Shown here in pieces: positions 13,751 to 26,168 of a stretch of DNA of 64,000 nucleotides. The notes under the pieces were generated by a model. That model saw nothing but the letters and a program-made list of their open reading frames with translations. It was not told where the DNA came from and ran no database searches. Every line of letters starts with the position of its first letter. Position 1 is the first letter of the stretch. Both the position numbers and the translations under genes were made by a program. The DNA comes from Macrostomum lignano (taxonomy: Eukaryota): contig NIVC01000432.1 of the NCBI GenBank assembly GCA_002269645.1, forward strand, positions 341,003 through 405,002. Direction: 5' to 3'.

Positions 13751-14704
13751 GACCCTCCCTAACCCTATTCTACCCTACCCTACCCTACCCAACCTACCCT
13801 ACCCTACCCCTTACCCTAGCTTTAACCCTACCTGAAGACTGAGCTTCATGCTCGTCAAGACTCCGTTCGAATTACGAGCTATACAAGCTCTGCCCTGCTC
13901 CGAAGTATAATTTCATAGAATTGTTTATTAAAATGTCCAACCGCTTGTCATCTGTGATTGTCTAAAGTTTTAGAAAACTTCAGATCCAACTTAGTCAATT
14001 GAGATTGAGATATTGTGTACACAAAATTTTCATCGAATTTTTTGGGAATATTTGAAATTTCTGCTGCCTGGATTTTTTTGCGGCAATTTAAATTCTCGAG
14101 CTCAGTTTCAAACACATATTTTACTAATTTGTTAATTATTATTTTCTTATTGCAGTTTGGCCGCTACCTGTAAATAAACTTAACAGGTTTATTTTGTTAT
14201 TGCAGTTTTTATTCTCATATTCTCTTCTCTTAACTGTGCGACCCCCCCGTCTGTCTGTCTGAGTGCTGCATTTCAACTAACCAGCGTATTCTGCAAGTCT
14301 CGATCAGAGATATTAAATTATTAATATTATTATTATTATATGAATATTTTTGCTACTCAAACGCACAAAAAATTCCCATAAATCTGTCAGTTTTGTCCTC
14401 ATTTTCTAGCTCAGTTACTATCGGTAGTGCGATAGGCGTTTTCTTGTCGGAATTCGTCGAGTAGAGTCAAGCAAATGAGGTTTTGAGTTTGTTTTTTTCT
14501 TCTGTTAGCTAGTTATGTTTTCAGTTTTATAAACAAATAACCGTGAATTAATACTCAAATTTTGATAGATCCCTTTCCTCGTTTTGATTCTGTCTCCGTC
14601 TATATTTTTATTTTTACTGTTGAAAAGTCAACGCACAAGAAAGTATTGAACTTTTATGCAGGCTGTTTGGTCCGGCGCTGAGAGTCCGCTGTGAACCCTG
14701 TCTA

Positions 14705-15170
14705 CCCTACAGATACTGAAATAACTAGATGGGGCCACTCAGGCATATATGCTTAGCAAAACAGCTTTCTACTTTCAGTTCAGTAGCAAAGACGAATACA
14801 TAAGCTATTTTATAAGAATAAAGGCAGCTGAAACAACTTTGATAAGTTTAGAAGCCCAAGCTTGCAGACGTAAACAACTTGCTAATTGGTTCAGCCATAA
14901 TGTACATTGGCCACTGAAAATGTACATGGCAGCTCTAGACTGGAACAACCGAGGAAGGTAGTAAAAATTTTTGGGGTCGCGGGGCAGGGGTAGAGGTTCT
15001 GTGTGGAGTTTAAGGGTTTTAGCTTGGGGTGGGTAAGAGCCAATAAAAAAGTGGAATGTTAAAAATACATTAAAATGCTTCAGTTTAACTTACTACTGAA
15101 CTGAGAGTAGCTTCCACGCAAATGTACTGAGTGGCCCATTGAGTTATTCTGATATCTGTGGTCTACAGCC
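14705..15170. mobile_element. Non-autonomous inverted-repeat element, long copy; homologous to 37455-37727
   Basis: ~35 bp imperfect TIRs (...GGGCCACTCAG / CTGAGTGGCCC...) and inner IR CTACTTTCAGTTCAGTAG / CTACTGAACTGAGAGTAG; colinear with the 37.5 kb copy except for ~190 bp extra internal sequence. Confidence 0.6.
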
Positions 15171-15789
15171 TACACCATACTATTGGCAACTCTTGTGCGT
15201 CTCCTTCCAGCCTTTTTTTGATTCGAATTTTTGTTTCTCATATCAATTGTCCTAGCATGTTTTCAATATCGAATTAAAGCCTTCACGTTTACTCCTGTGG
15301 CGCCATCAAGAGTCGCTTGTTTTGTATCAATATTTTTTTTACTTTAATCCATAAGAAATCTCTCCTATCATTTTTCTCTTTCACGAGTTTTGTCCTGTGT
15401 GTTCCGAGTTTCCGTTGGCCTGCACATTAATTATTAATTGTTGCTTGTTTATACTATGCAAACCTGACTGAGTGTTCTTTAATTATGCAACAAATCTCCT
15501 GAAGCATTCGTTTGGGCATAAAATCAGCTCTTGCATCTTAAACAATTAAATTTGTCTATAATGTTTATCTGTCCTCATATACCATACTTTGGCATTTTTT
15601 CTAAATTATATAGTCTACCTGCGGTACTGTGTGATGAAACCGTTAAAATAGCAGCGCAAAATGCTGGATTAAAATATCTGACAGCTGTTAGCTGGTCTGG
15701 CTTTGTTATTTTCCTACTGAATTCAAAGCTCAGTTCACATTTGGAGCAGTCAATGAGGATAGTTGTTTTTGAGTGAGGTAGCGCTTGAG

Positions 15790-16270
15790 TCAGGGGGTCG
15801 CTAAATAGGGGGTGTCAGGGGGTCGCTAAATAGGGGGTGTCAGGGGGTCGCTAAATAGGGGTGTCAGGGGGTCGTTAAATAGGGGGTGTCAGGGATTGCC
15901 AAGTAGGGGGGTGTCAGAGGGTCGCGTAGATGGGTGTCAGAGGGATGCCGAAATGGGTGTCAGAGGGTCGCGTAGATTGGTGTCAGAGGGATGCCTAAAT
16001 GAGTGTCAGAGGGTCGCCTAACTGGGTGTCAGAGGGTCGCGTAGATGGGTGTCAGAGGGCTGCCTAAATGGGTGTCAGAGGGTTGCCTCAATGGGTGTCA
16101 GAGGGTTACCTAAATGGGTGTCAGAGGGTTACCTCAATGGGTGTCAGAGGGCTGCCTAAATTGGTGTCAGATGGTTGCCTAAATGGTTTCAGAGGGTTGT
16201 CTCAATGGGTGTCAAAGGGTTGCCTAAACTGGTGTCAGAGGTTCGCTAAATATGGAGTGTCAGGGTGTCG
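15790..16270. repeat. G-rich minisatellite, ~21-22 bp unit (GGGGTCGCTAAATAGGGGGTGTCAG diverging to AGAGGGTTGCCTAAATGGGTGTC)
   Basis: Visible tandem array with a divergence gradient. Confidence 0.9.
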
Positions 16271-16562
16271 CTAAACTTTAAGCGCAGGTGTCAGAATACT
16301 CTAAATACGAGTGTATAAGCACCCAAAGATATTACAAGCCAATGCAATTTAAAACTGCATCTTTAGCCGCATAGGAGAGCTGAGCCGATTGGGATTCTGC
16401 TTTATTTTACACAGATCCTAGTGGGGGGCTTTGTTCATATAGGGGAATATCGACTTGTTAATGGGGAGTGAAATAGAAATCATTTTAGCCAGCGAGTTGA
16501 AGCGCATAGAACTATTTGTGAGTCCAGTTTAGGAGGGAGATGCGAGCAGCATCGCCGCCGAT

Positions 16563-17101
16563 TCAGAAGTACCAGACTCGCTCCTTGGGCTTGTTGGGAT
16601 TCCGGTTGCGCTGCTCGCCTGCGGCGGCACCTGGCTCGGCTGCGAGCGCCTCCTCGGCTTTGGCTTCGACCCGTTGAATATCTCGACTATTCAGCATGTA
16701 CTTGTACTTCTCCCAGTCGTCTTCGTTATAAAACAGGCGTGCGTCTGGCGCCACAGGCCCGGCCGGGTGCTCGTTGCTGAGCGTCTGGTGCTCGGCTGAG
16801 AAGAACACGGGCCGGCCGCGCCAGCGCTCCGCGTACGGCGCCGGTGCGTGCTCGGCCGCGTGGCAGCCAACGCCAGTCGTTGACGAGGCTGCGCTTGGCC
16901 AGCCAGACACAGCGGCCGTCTTGTCGAGGCCCTGGCCGACCGGATCGCGCGTCACCTGAGGCGGATCGGTGAACCGGTGAGTCTCCGACTGGTAGAAGCC
17001 GGGGCCGCGCCACTGGTGCGAGACGGCGCCCCGGCTGGGCCGGACGGCGCAGGGAATCACCAGGTTCTGCGGCCCGCTCAGATATTTCAGGCGGGCCTGC
17101 T
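16563..17101 (-). CDS. Hypothetical protein, probable terminal exon (~180 aa, EQARLKYLSGPQNLVIP...KPKERVWYF*)
   Basis: GC-rich island in AT-rich flanks, open frame from a CACAG acceptor (exon start 17101, phase 1) to TGA at 16563; no recognisable domain; upstream exon not located. Confidence 0.55.
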
Positions 17102-18686
17102 CTGTGGTTTGATAGTGTTTTTAATAGAATCATTATATTATTGTGTGCGTCGTTATTTGCATGTCGGGCCTCTAATGTTTTGTCAGGAAGTAAAACACGT
17201 CCATACTTTTTTATTGAAATATTATCAGAGCTGCGAAGGTGGACGATTTTTGTATTATACTACGCATAACTAGTGTTTAAAACTCAATAATGCCAATATG
17301 TTATTATTGGGTATCTAAAAGCTGTTCGTATGTTATAAAATTATGTCAAATAATTATACCAAGCAGCTAAACTATGGTATACAAGGGTAATTATTTTAAA
17401 GCGGATTAGTTTCAGTAAAATACCTGTTTCTGAATTTAAAGTTGCCATAAATGCACCCTCAGATTTTATAGAAAGATGTAGGATAAACGATAAAATGATC
17501 CAACTTGATGTCAAACTAAAAAAGTATTGATACAGTGTTTCTAAATAAATGCCCGCCATTGTCGCCAAGAAAGCATGTATACGATATCAGTATTTCTAAT
17601 TTTGTGGTAGTATTAGAATCTAAAATAATACTTTACACAAATTAAAAACAAGAAAACACTATTTCTGACAGAGGTTGAAATTATAAGTTACAATTTTCGT
17701 TTTACTTTGCGTATTGTTTGTACCGACGATTTTTAACACGTATCTAGCGCAAAATTATTTTAATGTAAGTTCTGCTCTTTTGTGTTTTTGGAAAATTCTA
17801 AGAGAAAACTGAACAGTTTTATTAAATCTATTTCTTTCAATCCATGGGTTCCGTTTTGGCGTTCTGTGGGGAATTTTCAGGGGTTTGAATGCAGCCAGTC
17901 TTCTTTGTAAATTTTTATTTCTGTCTAGCTATTTCTTACATTTTTCAGCAGCTATAGAACTAGAAGAGCTTATTGTTAAACAGACTTTAAAGTATATATG
18001 TTATTAAAGTATGTTTCTTTTTTTATGCTTTAAACTTTGTTTTTATATGTATTAAAAAATTCAAGCACTAAATGGAATCCAACTCTTGATATTCCTTTAG
18101 TCCTTAGTCACTGGTGGCTGGTGCATGGTGTGTGTGTGTGTGTAGGGAATTTTTTTAGGCTGCATTTATAAAATTTATTTTCTACCTCTCTGAGCTCTCT
18201 AAAAATAAAGCGATGGTAAAAACCCTAGGAGTGATTAAAAAATCTGACTGACTTTTTACTACTTTAGTACTTGGCCAGATTAAAAGTAATTGTTGTCAGT
18301 TAATGTATTTGTACAAATTTATCTAGTCTAAATACTAGATTTTAAACTCAATGTTTGACTTAGCCTCATTAAAGGTACATGTTGATTCATTAATAGTTTA
18401 TTGGTTATCAACCAGTTTGATGTCTAGCTTTTTAATTGGCAGTATTTAACATCTTTGTTTTAAGCTGCTATTGTCAATTTGTAAATTTTTTGATCAATTA
18501 TTTATTGGAAACAAATTAATTATAAATTTTCATTTTTCAAGTTAGCTATTGAAGTGTCAAGTAGTGATGCTTTTAAAAAAATTAAATGAATCTTGGTCCA
18601 TTATAAAGCGATTTAATGGAGGTAATCTCAATATTGCTTCTTATAGTTAAATTGTTAACATACTTTAAACAAAACAAATCCAGCAG

Positions 18687-21600
18687 ATGGATTCGGAAGA
18701 TCCTGATGCGTGCGAGCTCGAGGTGATGGAGATCGGCCACAGCACAGTCAGGTCAGCGGGCAGCGGCGCCAGGGACTCCAGAAAGCCGCCACCGGGCAGG
18801 AAGTCGCATTCAACGGAGCCGCGCCGCCAAAGTCAGCGAGAATTTGATCCGGAAACTCCGCCATCGCCGCAGAAGTCCTCAGCGACGCCGATTATCTCCA
18901 CAGTGTCGGAGGACAGCGGCTCCGCGGTCGACCAGCGCCAGGACTGCCTGGTCCGCTTCAACTGGGACCCGCTGCTGGCGGAGGAGGAGGAGCAGCGCAG
19001 GGCCCAGCGGACCAAGAAGAAAATTTTCAGCTCGCAGGGGACGCACAGGGGGCACAGAGTCACCGTGACGCTTGGCGAGAGGGGCATCATCTGGAAGCAG
19101 GGTGGGTTGCTTGGTGACAGAGAGTTCGCTTTGGTTGCTGCATTTCTGTACTTTTGCGCTGAGTCAATGACTGGCGTGGGAAACGGGAAAGATAGAGGGT
19201 TCAGGGAAGGGCAGGAGAGGGGTAGATAGAAGTTCAGTGAAGGTCACGAGAGGGGTAAATAGAAGGTTCAGTGAAGGTCACGAGAGGGATAAGATAGAAG
19301 GTTCAGTGAAGGTCACGAGAGGGATAAGATAGAAGGTTCAGTGAAGGTCACGAGAGGGATAGATAAAGGGTTCAGGGAAGGTCACAAGAGGGACAGATAA
19401 AGGGTTCAGGGAAAGTCAAGGAGAGGGACAGATAGAGGGTTCAGTGAAGGTCACGAGAGGGATAAGATAGAAGGTTCAGTGAAGGTCACGAGAGGGATAG
19501 ATAAAGGGTTCAGTGAATGTCACGAGAGGGGTAGATAGAAGGTTCAGTGAAGGTCACGAGAGGGATAAGATAGAAGGTTCAGTGAAGGTCACGAGAGGGA
19601 TAGATAAAGGGTTCAGTGAAGGTCACGAGAGGGGTAGATAGAAGGTTCAGTGAAGGTCACGAGAGGGATAAGATAGAAGGTTCAGTGAAGGTCACGAGAG
19701 GGATAGATAAAGGGTTCAGGGAAGGTCACAAGAGGGACAGATAAAGGGTTCAGGGAAAGTCAAGGAGAGGGATAGATAGAGGGTTCCGTGAAGGTGAGGG
19801 AGGAACAGAAGTCACAGTAAAGCCACAAGAGAATCGCAGGTAAGATCAGAAACCGCCGCTCCATTCTAAAATCCAGAGCGCCGCGCGGGTTCAGGCGATC
19901 CATCGAACAGAAGCGACCCTCAGCAGCAGCAGCAGCGGCAGATGGAGACCCTCTGCTATCTCTACGAAGACGTTATCTCAGTGACTGAACGGCCACAGCC
20001 AGCGGGTCAGACATCCCGGATCGTGATCTCAGTTTGCCAGCGCTACAACTCAAGCCAGTTCCGCCTGTTAGAGAAGGAGCTCGATTTGCCGAAGCGCCGG
20101 GACGCCGACCGGTGGGTTCGGTACACGGAGCGAGTGCTGGACTCGATGAAACGGCGAGTGCGCAGCGCGGCGATGTACGTGTGCACCAAGGCTGGCAAAG
20201 GCGCCGCGCTCGGCCTGATGAAGGATCGCGTGCTGCCTCTGTTGAAGAAGTTCGACGTCAAGGTAGGAGTGACAGTTAGCTTGCCAACTTGGCAGACAAT
20301 TTTCTCAAATTCGGCCCTGACCGAACACCTCCGGCACCTGTTCGCTGCAGGTCACCCGAGTCGAGCGGCCAAAGCCGGACGAGCTGGCAGCCTGTCTGAT
20401 GGACTGCCCGACCGAAGAGCTGGAGGACTCTGTCGATGCGCTCATCATCATTGGGGGCGACGGCACCGTTCAGCGCATGTGCGATGCTCTGCTACGGAGG
20501 GCTCAGCAACAGCAGCACCAGCCTCACGACAGTCAAGTCCTGCCGGCCCATCTGCGTGTCTGCATCGTTCCAGCCGGTTTTAACAACGATGTGGCTCGCA
20601 GTTTGCTTGGCACAGTTGAACCTGTGTCACCTGTTGTGCACATGCTGGCTGGTGAGGAACCCTTCACCTGTGACCCTGCTCATTAGACCCTTCTCACCTA
20701 GCTGTGACCCTGCTCATTGAACCATTCTCACCTGTGACCCTGGTCATTGGACCATTCTCACCTGTGACCCTGCTCATTAGACCCTTCTCACCTGTGACCC
20801 TGCTCATTGGACCCTTCTCACCTGTGACCCTGCTCATTGGACCCTTCTCACCTGTGACCCTGCTCATTAGACCCTTCTCACCTGTGACCCTGCTCATTGG
20901 ACCCTTCTCACCTGTGACCCTGCTCATTAGACCCTTCTCACCTGTGACCCTGCTCATTGAACCATTCTCACCTGTGACCCTGGTCATTGGACCATTCTCA
21001 CCTGTGACCCTGCTCATTAGACCCTTCTCACCTGTGACCCTGCTCATTGGACCCTTCTCACCTGTGACCCTGCTCATTGGACCCTTCTCACCTGTGACCC
21101 TGCTCATTAGACCCTTCTCACCTGTGACCCTGCTCATTGGACCCTTCTCACCTGTGACCCTGCTCATTAGACCCTTCTCACCTGTGACCCTGCTCATTGG
21201 ACCCTTCTCACCTGTGACCCTGCTCATTGGACCCTTCTCACCTGTGACCCTGCTCATTGGACCCTTCTCACCTGTGACCCTGCTCATTGGACCCTTCTCA
21301 CTTGTGACCCTGCTCATTAGACCCTTCTCACCTGTGACCCTGCTCATTAGACCCTTCTCACCTGTGACCCTGCTCATTGGACCCTTCTCACCTGTGACCC
21401 TGCTCATTAGACCCTTCTCACCTGTGACCCTGCTCATTAGACCCTTCTCACCTGTGACCCTGCTCATTGGACCCTTCTCACCTGTGACCCTGCTCATTAG
21501 ACCCTTCTCACCTGTGACCCTGCTCATTGGACCCTTCTCACCTGTGACCCTGCTCATTAGACCCTTCTCACCTGTGACCCTGCTCATTGGACCCTTCTCA

Positions 21601-24292
21601 CCTGTGACCCTGCTCATTGGACCCTTCTCACCTGTGACCCTGCTCATTGGACCCTTCTCACTTGTGACCCTGCTCATTAGACCCTTCTCACCTGTGACCC
21701 TGCTCATTAGACCCTTCTCACCTGTGACCCTGCTCATTGGACCCTTCTCACCTGTGACCCTGCTCATTAGACCCTTCTCACCTGTGACCCTGCTCATTGG
21801 ACCCTTCTCACCTGTGACCCTGCTCATTAGACCCTTCTCACCTGTGACCCTGCTCATTAGACCCTTCTCACCTGTGACCCTGCTTATTGGACCCTTCTCA
21901 CTTGTGACCCTGCTCATTGAACCCTTCTCACCTGTGACCCTGCTCATTGGACCCTTCTCACCTGTGACCCTGCTCATTAGACCCTTCTCACCTGTGACCC
22001 TGCTTATTGGACCCTTCTCACTTGTGACCCTGCTTATTGGACCCTTCTCACTTGTGACCCTGCTCATTAGACCCTTCTCACCTGTGACCCTGCTCATTGA
22101 ACCCTTTTCACCTGTGACCCTGCTCATTAGACCCTTCTCACCTAGCTGTGACCCTGCTCATTGAACCCTTCTCACCTGTGACCCTGCTCATTAGACCCTT
22201 CTCACCTAGCTGTGACCCTGCTCATTGAACCATTCTCACCTGTGACCCTGCTCATTAGACCCTTCTCACCTGTGACCCTGCTCATTGGATCCTCATTATT
22301 TGCAACCCTATCCAATTTTCTCACCCAGGTCACGTGAAGAAGGTGAACTGTGTCCAGGTGTTGGCCAGAGAGTCTGGAAGCAGTGGCGACTTCAAATTCC
22401 TGCGCTGGTGCTTCAACGCCAGCTACGGGTTGCCCAGCTCCACCCTGAAGTACCTGGAGAAGTACAAACTGTTCTACGACTCCAAGTACGAGAAGGCGAT
22501 GTCCAGAGCGCTGGACAAGAAAACTTTCATGGCCTATCCCTGCGACCTGCAGTACCGACCGTCAGCCAACGCTGAGCTAAGCCATCCAACCGATGGCACT
22601 TGCTGCTTCTCGCGGTAATTTTTCCAGTTTTCTTTAGTATAGTTTGCGTGTTCTTATATTTCTACTTGATACGAGTAGCTAAACGAAGCTGTTAAAAGCA
22701 AAAAGCAAAAAATCGGTAAATTTTCAAAAGTGGACAAAGTTAATTTTCGATACATATCGGTCAACACTACCGCAGCTGCCCCGTGTGCCAGTCGGTGGAG
22801 TCCAGCAAGCACCGTCGGCAGAGCGAAGGCGAGTCCGATTCGGTGCAAGAATTCGACCCGTTGAATTCGTCCAATAATAGCGACAGCTTGATTGGTGAGC
22901 AGCTTTAGAATCCAACGCTGTTTGTCGATAAAAAAATAGTTGTCAAGTCGAGAAATTCTCGGCTTTAGCAGCAACAAGCATAACAAAGACATTTCTCTCA
23001 AGTGGTAAAACTTCAACATGTGCCTGGCTGTGCTTGGATCTCAGTCTGCAATTGTATTATTTGTTGCTAGTTCAGTGGTTACTTATAGATGATTTAGAAG
23101 TCATTTCCTTGCATGCATATACTACTATAAGCAGTTGTTAATGATTTTCGCTTGGGTTTTTCTGGTGGTGAAAAATGAATTGTTTCACCCCGATATTTAG
23201 AGCTGGTTGGCAGGGACGCCTGGCTCAATCTGAAAGGTGACTATAGCTGGGTGGGAGTCTACTCTCTGGCCGGCATGTCGGAAAACTGTCCCCAGGGACT
23301 GTCTCGGTTCGCCCATCGAAACGACGGCTGCATGGACCTCGTGCTGGTGTCCGAGGCGCGAAAAAAGGAGGTGGCAAGATTTGTCAAGTCGTTAGGCGGC
23401 TCCTCCGCCAAGAGTCACCATGTGAGCTAGCGATTTCTGGCTGCCAGTGGGAATTTTTTTAATCTGGGTGTACTTGTGCTTTGGGACAGGGTGGGCATAG
23501 GAATGGGAGCTGTGCTTTGGGGCAGGGAGTAAGGTGGGCAGAGGAATGGGGGGCTGTGCCTTGGTGCAGGGAGTGAGGTGGGCGCAAGAATGGGGGCTGT
23601 TCTTTAGGGCAGGAGTGAGATGAGTGCAGGAATATGGGCTGTGCCTTGAGGCAGGGAGTGAGGTGGGTTCAGGAATGGGGGCTGTGCTTTGGGGCAGGAA
23701 GTAAGGTGGACAGAGGAATGGGGGCTGTACACATTGGGGCAGGGAGTGAGGTGGGTGCAGGGAATGGGGCTGTGCCTTGGTGCAGGGAGTGAGGTGGGCG
23801 CAAGAATGGGGGCTGTTCTTTAGGGCAGGAGTGAGGTGAGTGCAGGAATATGGGCTGTACCTTGGGGCAGGGAGTGAGGTGGGTTCAGGAATGGGGGGCT
23901 GTGCTTTGGGGCAGGGAGTGAGGTGGGTTCAGGAATGGGGGGCTATGCTTTGGGGCAGGGAGTGAGGTGGGTTCAGGAATGGGGGGCTATGCTTTGGGGC
24001 AGGGAGAGGCGGGCGCAGGAACGAGAATTATTCGCTAAGGGAGGTTTCTTGCATCGCCGAAACAAACTGAATGAATCTCTTTCACTTCTGAATTTCGAAC
24101 CCACCCCAGCTGGAGCTTCCATTCGTGGAGTCGATCCGGTGCACAGCGATCCGATTTCAGCCTCGCTCGCGCACCTGGAACGCGCCTGAGCAGTGCGACG
24201 AACTCGAACTAGACGCTAAAAGCAATTTGCAACGACTGCGCTCGGCTGGGCAGGACTCTAATAGTTCCGAAATGGTTATCGATCTGCTCAAT
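18687..24292 (+). CDS. CERKL: Ceramide kinase-like protein (DAGK catalytic-domain family, closest in recalled motifs to CERKL); last exon unresolved
   Basis: Phase-consistent exons 18687-19101, 19877-20262, 20351-20651, 22329-22614, 22776-22894, 23201-23421, 24110-24292 (or read-through to the stop at 24376). IIIGGDGT..ALLRRAQ..IVPAGFNN..HMLAGHVKKVN, CPQGLSRFAHRNDGCMDLVLV and LPFVES parallel CERKL GGDG..ALLLRAQ..IPAGSTN..GHVQLVD, APRGLAP..LNNGSM and FPFVET. Confidence 0.78.
19190..19800. repeat. Intronic purine-rich minisatellite, ~29-30 bp unit (GATAGAAGGTTCAGTGAAGGTCACGAGAGG)
   Basis: Fills CERKL intron 1. Confidence 0.93.
20660..22285. repeat. Intronic minisatellite, 30 bp unit (CCTGTGACCCTGCTCATTGGACCCTTCTCA), >50 copies
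   Basis: Highly homogeneous array filling CERKL intron 3; source of the 477/486 aa spurious ORFs. Confidence 0.97.
23490..24005. repeat. Intronic G-rich minisatellite, ~39 bp unit (GGGGCAGGGAGTGAGGTGGGTTCAGGAATGGGGGCTGTGCTTT-type)
   Basis: Fills CERKL intron 6. Confidence 0.9.
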
Positions 24293-25356
24293 GTGAGTTG
24301 CCAGGACCATTTCCCTGTATCACATACAGATATCCATTTTAAAAAAATAATAAATGAAGCGCATGTAGCTACTTAAGTAGTTTTGTTTGCTTATAAAATT
24401 TATTACCGAATCGATTTATGATTCGGATGGCCGTTGATTCCGCCGATGAAATTGCATACTCGCTCTTATTTTGTTAGCGAAAATTTGTTTGACAAAAAAT
24501 GGTACATGATAAAAAATACTAAACAGGTCAGAGTATAAACCATAAATGAGCCTATGACAATGACACGAGTTTGTGACAAATTATAACGTGACAGGCGGAC
24601 TTTTTTAAACACTCTAGTAACCAGTCAAATGAATCACAATCAGAGAAACCAAAACCAATATGGCGTGCGAATTTGTAGCTGAACCAGGTAAGCTGGATTA
24701 ATGGATTAATCCAATTAGAAAGGTGCTATAAATTTAGCTCTAAAAATTAAATTAAGTATTTAGGGGGGACAAGCCTAACCACGGCAATCGGAATCAGCCT
24801 GTAGAATCCAAGGAATGAGGAGGAAAATTAACATAAATGCCAAGCAGGCTACGATATGTACAGGACTCAATTGAAACACCTTGTGTGGAGGCTCCTCTCC
24901 TTATTAGATGGTCAAATTGATACACGCACGGGTTACTAGAAAGTTACAGTGCTAACTAGCAAATTGAAGCTATTCTTAGCTGTAAAAGCAGCACAATGTT
25001 AGCTTAAAAATATATAAAATAAGCTAAATAGCTTAATTAATTGCTAAAAACGCATTGGGGAGGGGGCGATCCGCCAACATCAAGTTAGTTTCGTTCGGTA
25101 AATCGAAGAGGCAACACTGTTAAACAAACAAGGTTTCAATACTGTTAAAGCATGTTATGCTAACCTTTTAGATATTTAAAGGGTATTTTACCGGTGTTTA
25201 ATAGATTTTTGTTTTACAAAAACTCTTCTTTAACCCGAATTTGAAATCGATTTAATTTACCAAAAAAGTTTCGGATTGCCGCGTTGGGTCGTCTAAGTGT
25301 GCCGAGAGTAAATGAGTCCAAATACCTCCATTCTTGGTACTTTGTGTTTGTGGGGC

Positions 25357-26168
25357 CTACGCCTCAGCCGGGTATCTCCGCTGCTGCAGTGGCTGCCGCT
25401 GCTGTACGCCAGCAGTAGCTTCGGTCTTTGTCAGCGTGGAGGCCAGGATAGACCTGGGCTGCCTCCGGCTTCTCCCGGTGAACTTTGCCAGCCTCCGTTC
25501 GGCCAGCCGCTGCTCATAAGCGGTCGGATCGAAGCCCTGCAGCAGCAGTGTGGTCAGGTCCATCCGGCTGGCGTCGACCTCGGCTTCGGGCTCCGTCGAC
25601 TCTGGGTCTGGCGAGGATGACCCGCTCTTGCGGTCGACCTGACCGCCGCAGTCCAACGACCGGCTGCTTGGCGGCGCCATCGTGGTGCCCGCGCCGGTCG
25701 GAGCAATGCTCAGGAAATGCTGCCGCAGGAGCCGTCGGTTTGAATTGGCAGCCGCTGGAGACTGCGGCGGCTGCTGTTGCTGCTGCTGCTGAGGTTGCTT
25801 TTGCGGTTGCTGCTGCTGCTGAGGTTGCTTTTGCGGTTGCTGCTGCTGTTGTTGCTGCTGCTGCCAGACACTGGAAGACAGCTCCGAATAGCAAGAGCTC
25901 CTAGCAGACGAAGATGTTCAGTTACTGCCGAACCCTTAGCTGAGCAGGTCTTCGGCGCGCTAGATAACGAACTGCGACGTCGCCAAAGACCTTGACTGCG
26001 ACAGCTCATCCTGGCCGCGTCCTCTAGCCGGCCGAGAAAATTGTTACCGTCCAACTGGTGCACTCGACACCTTTGCCGATGCTAACCGACTCAACCTGCT
26101 CAGGTTGCTCGTCGTCGTTGTATATGCCGTTCGGTGATTTGGCTGGTTTGCAGCCAGTTGCGCCCATG
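25357..26168 (-). CDS. Hypothetical Q-rich protein; exon structure uncertain
   Basis: Open frame from ~25925 to TAG at 25357 (WQQQQQ..PQKQPQQQ..MDLTTLLLQGFDPTAYEQRLAERRLAKF); candidate acceptor at 25901/25900; a separate Met-Gly start frame at 26168 does not join it cleanly. Confidence 0.4.

Noticed and set aside
14156-14180. Possible alternative last Par-3 exon (TTGCAG|TTTGGCCGCTACCTGTAA)
   Set aside because: The attractive FGRYL* reading needs phase 0 but the upstream donor is phase 2; too short to support.
20660-22285. CRISPR-like regular 30 bp repeats and 477/486 aa ORFs
   Set aside because: Units are head-to-tail with no unique spacers, no cas genes are present, and the array sits in a spliceosomal intron. 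The same applies to all other arrays in the window.
24860-24960. Candidate final CERKL exon (VWRLLSLLDGQ..)
   Set aside because: Only a weak resemblance to WNxDG, AT-rich context and no convincing acceptor.
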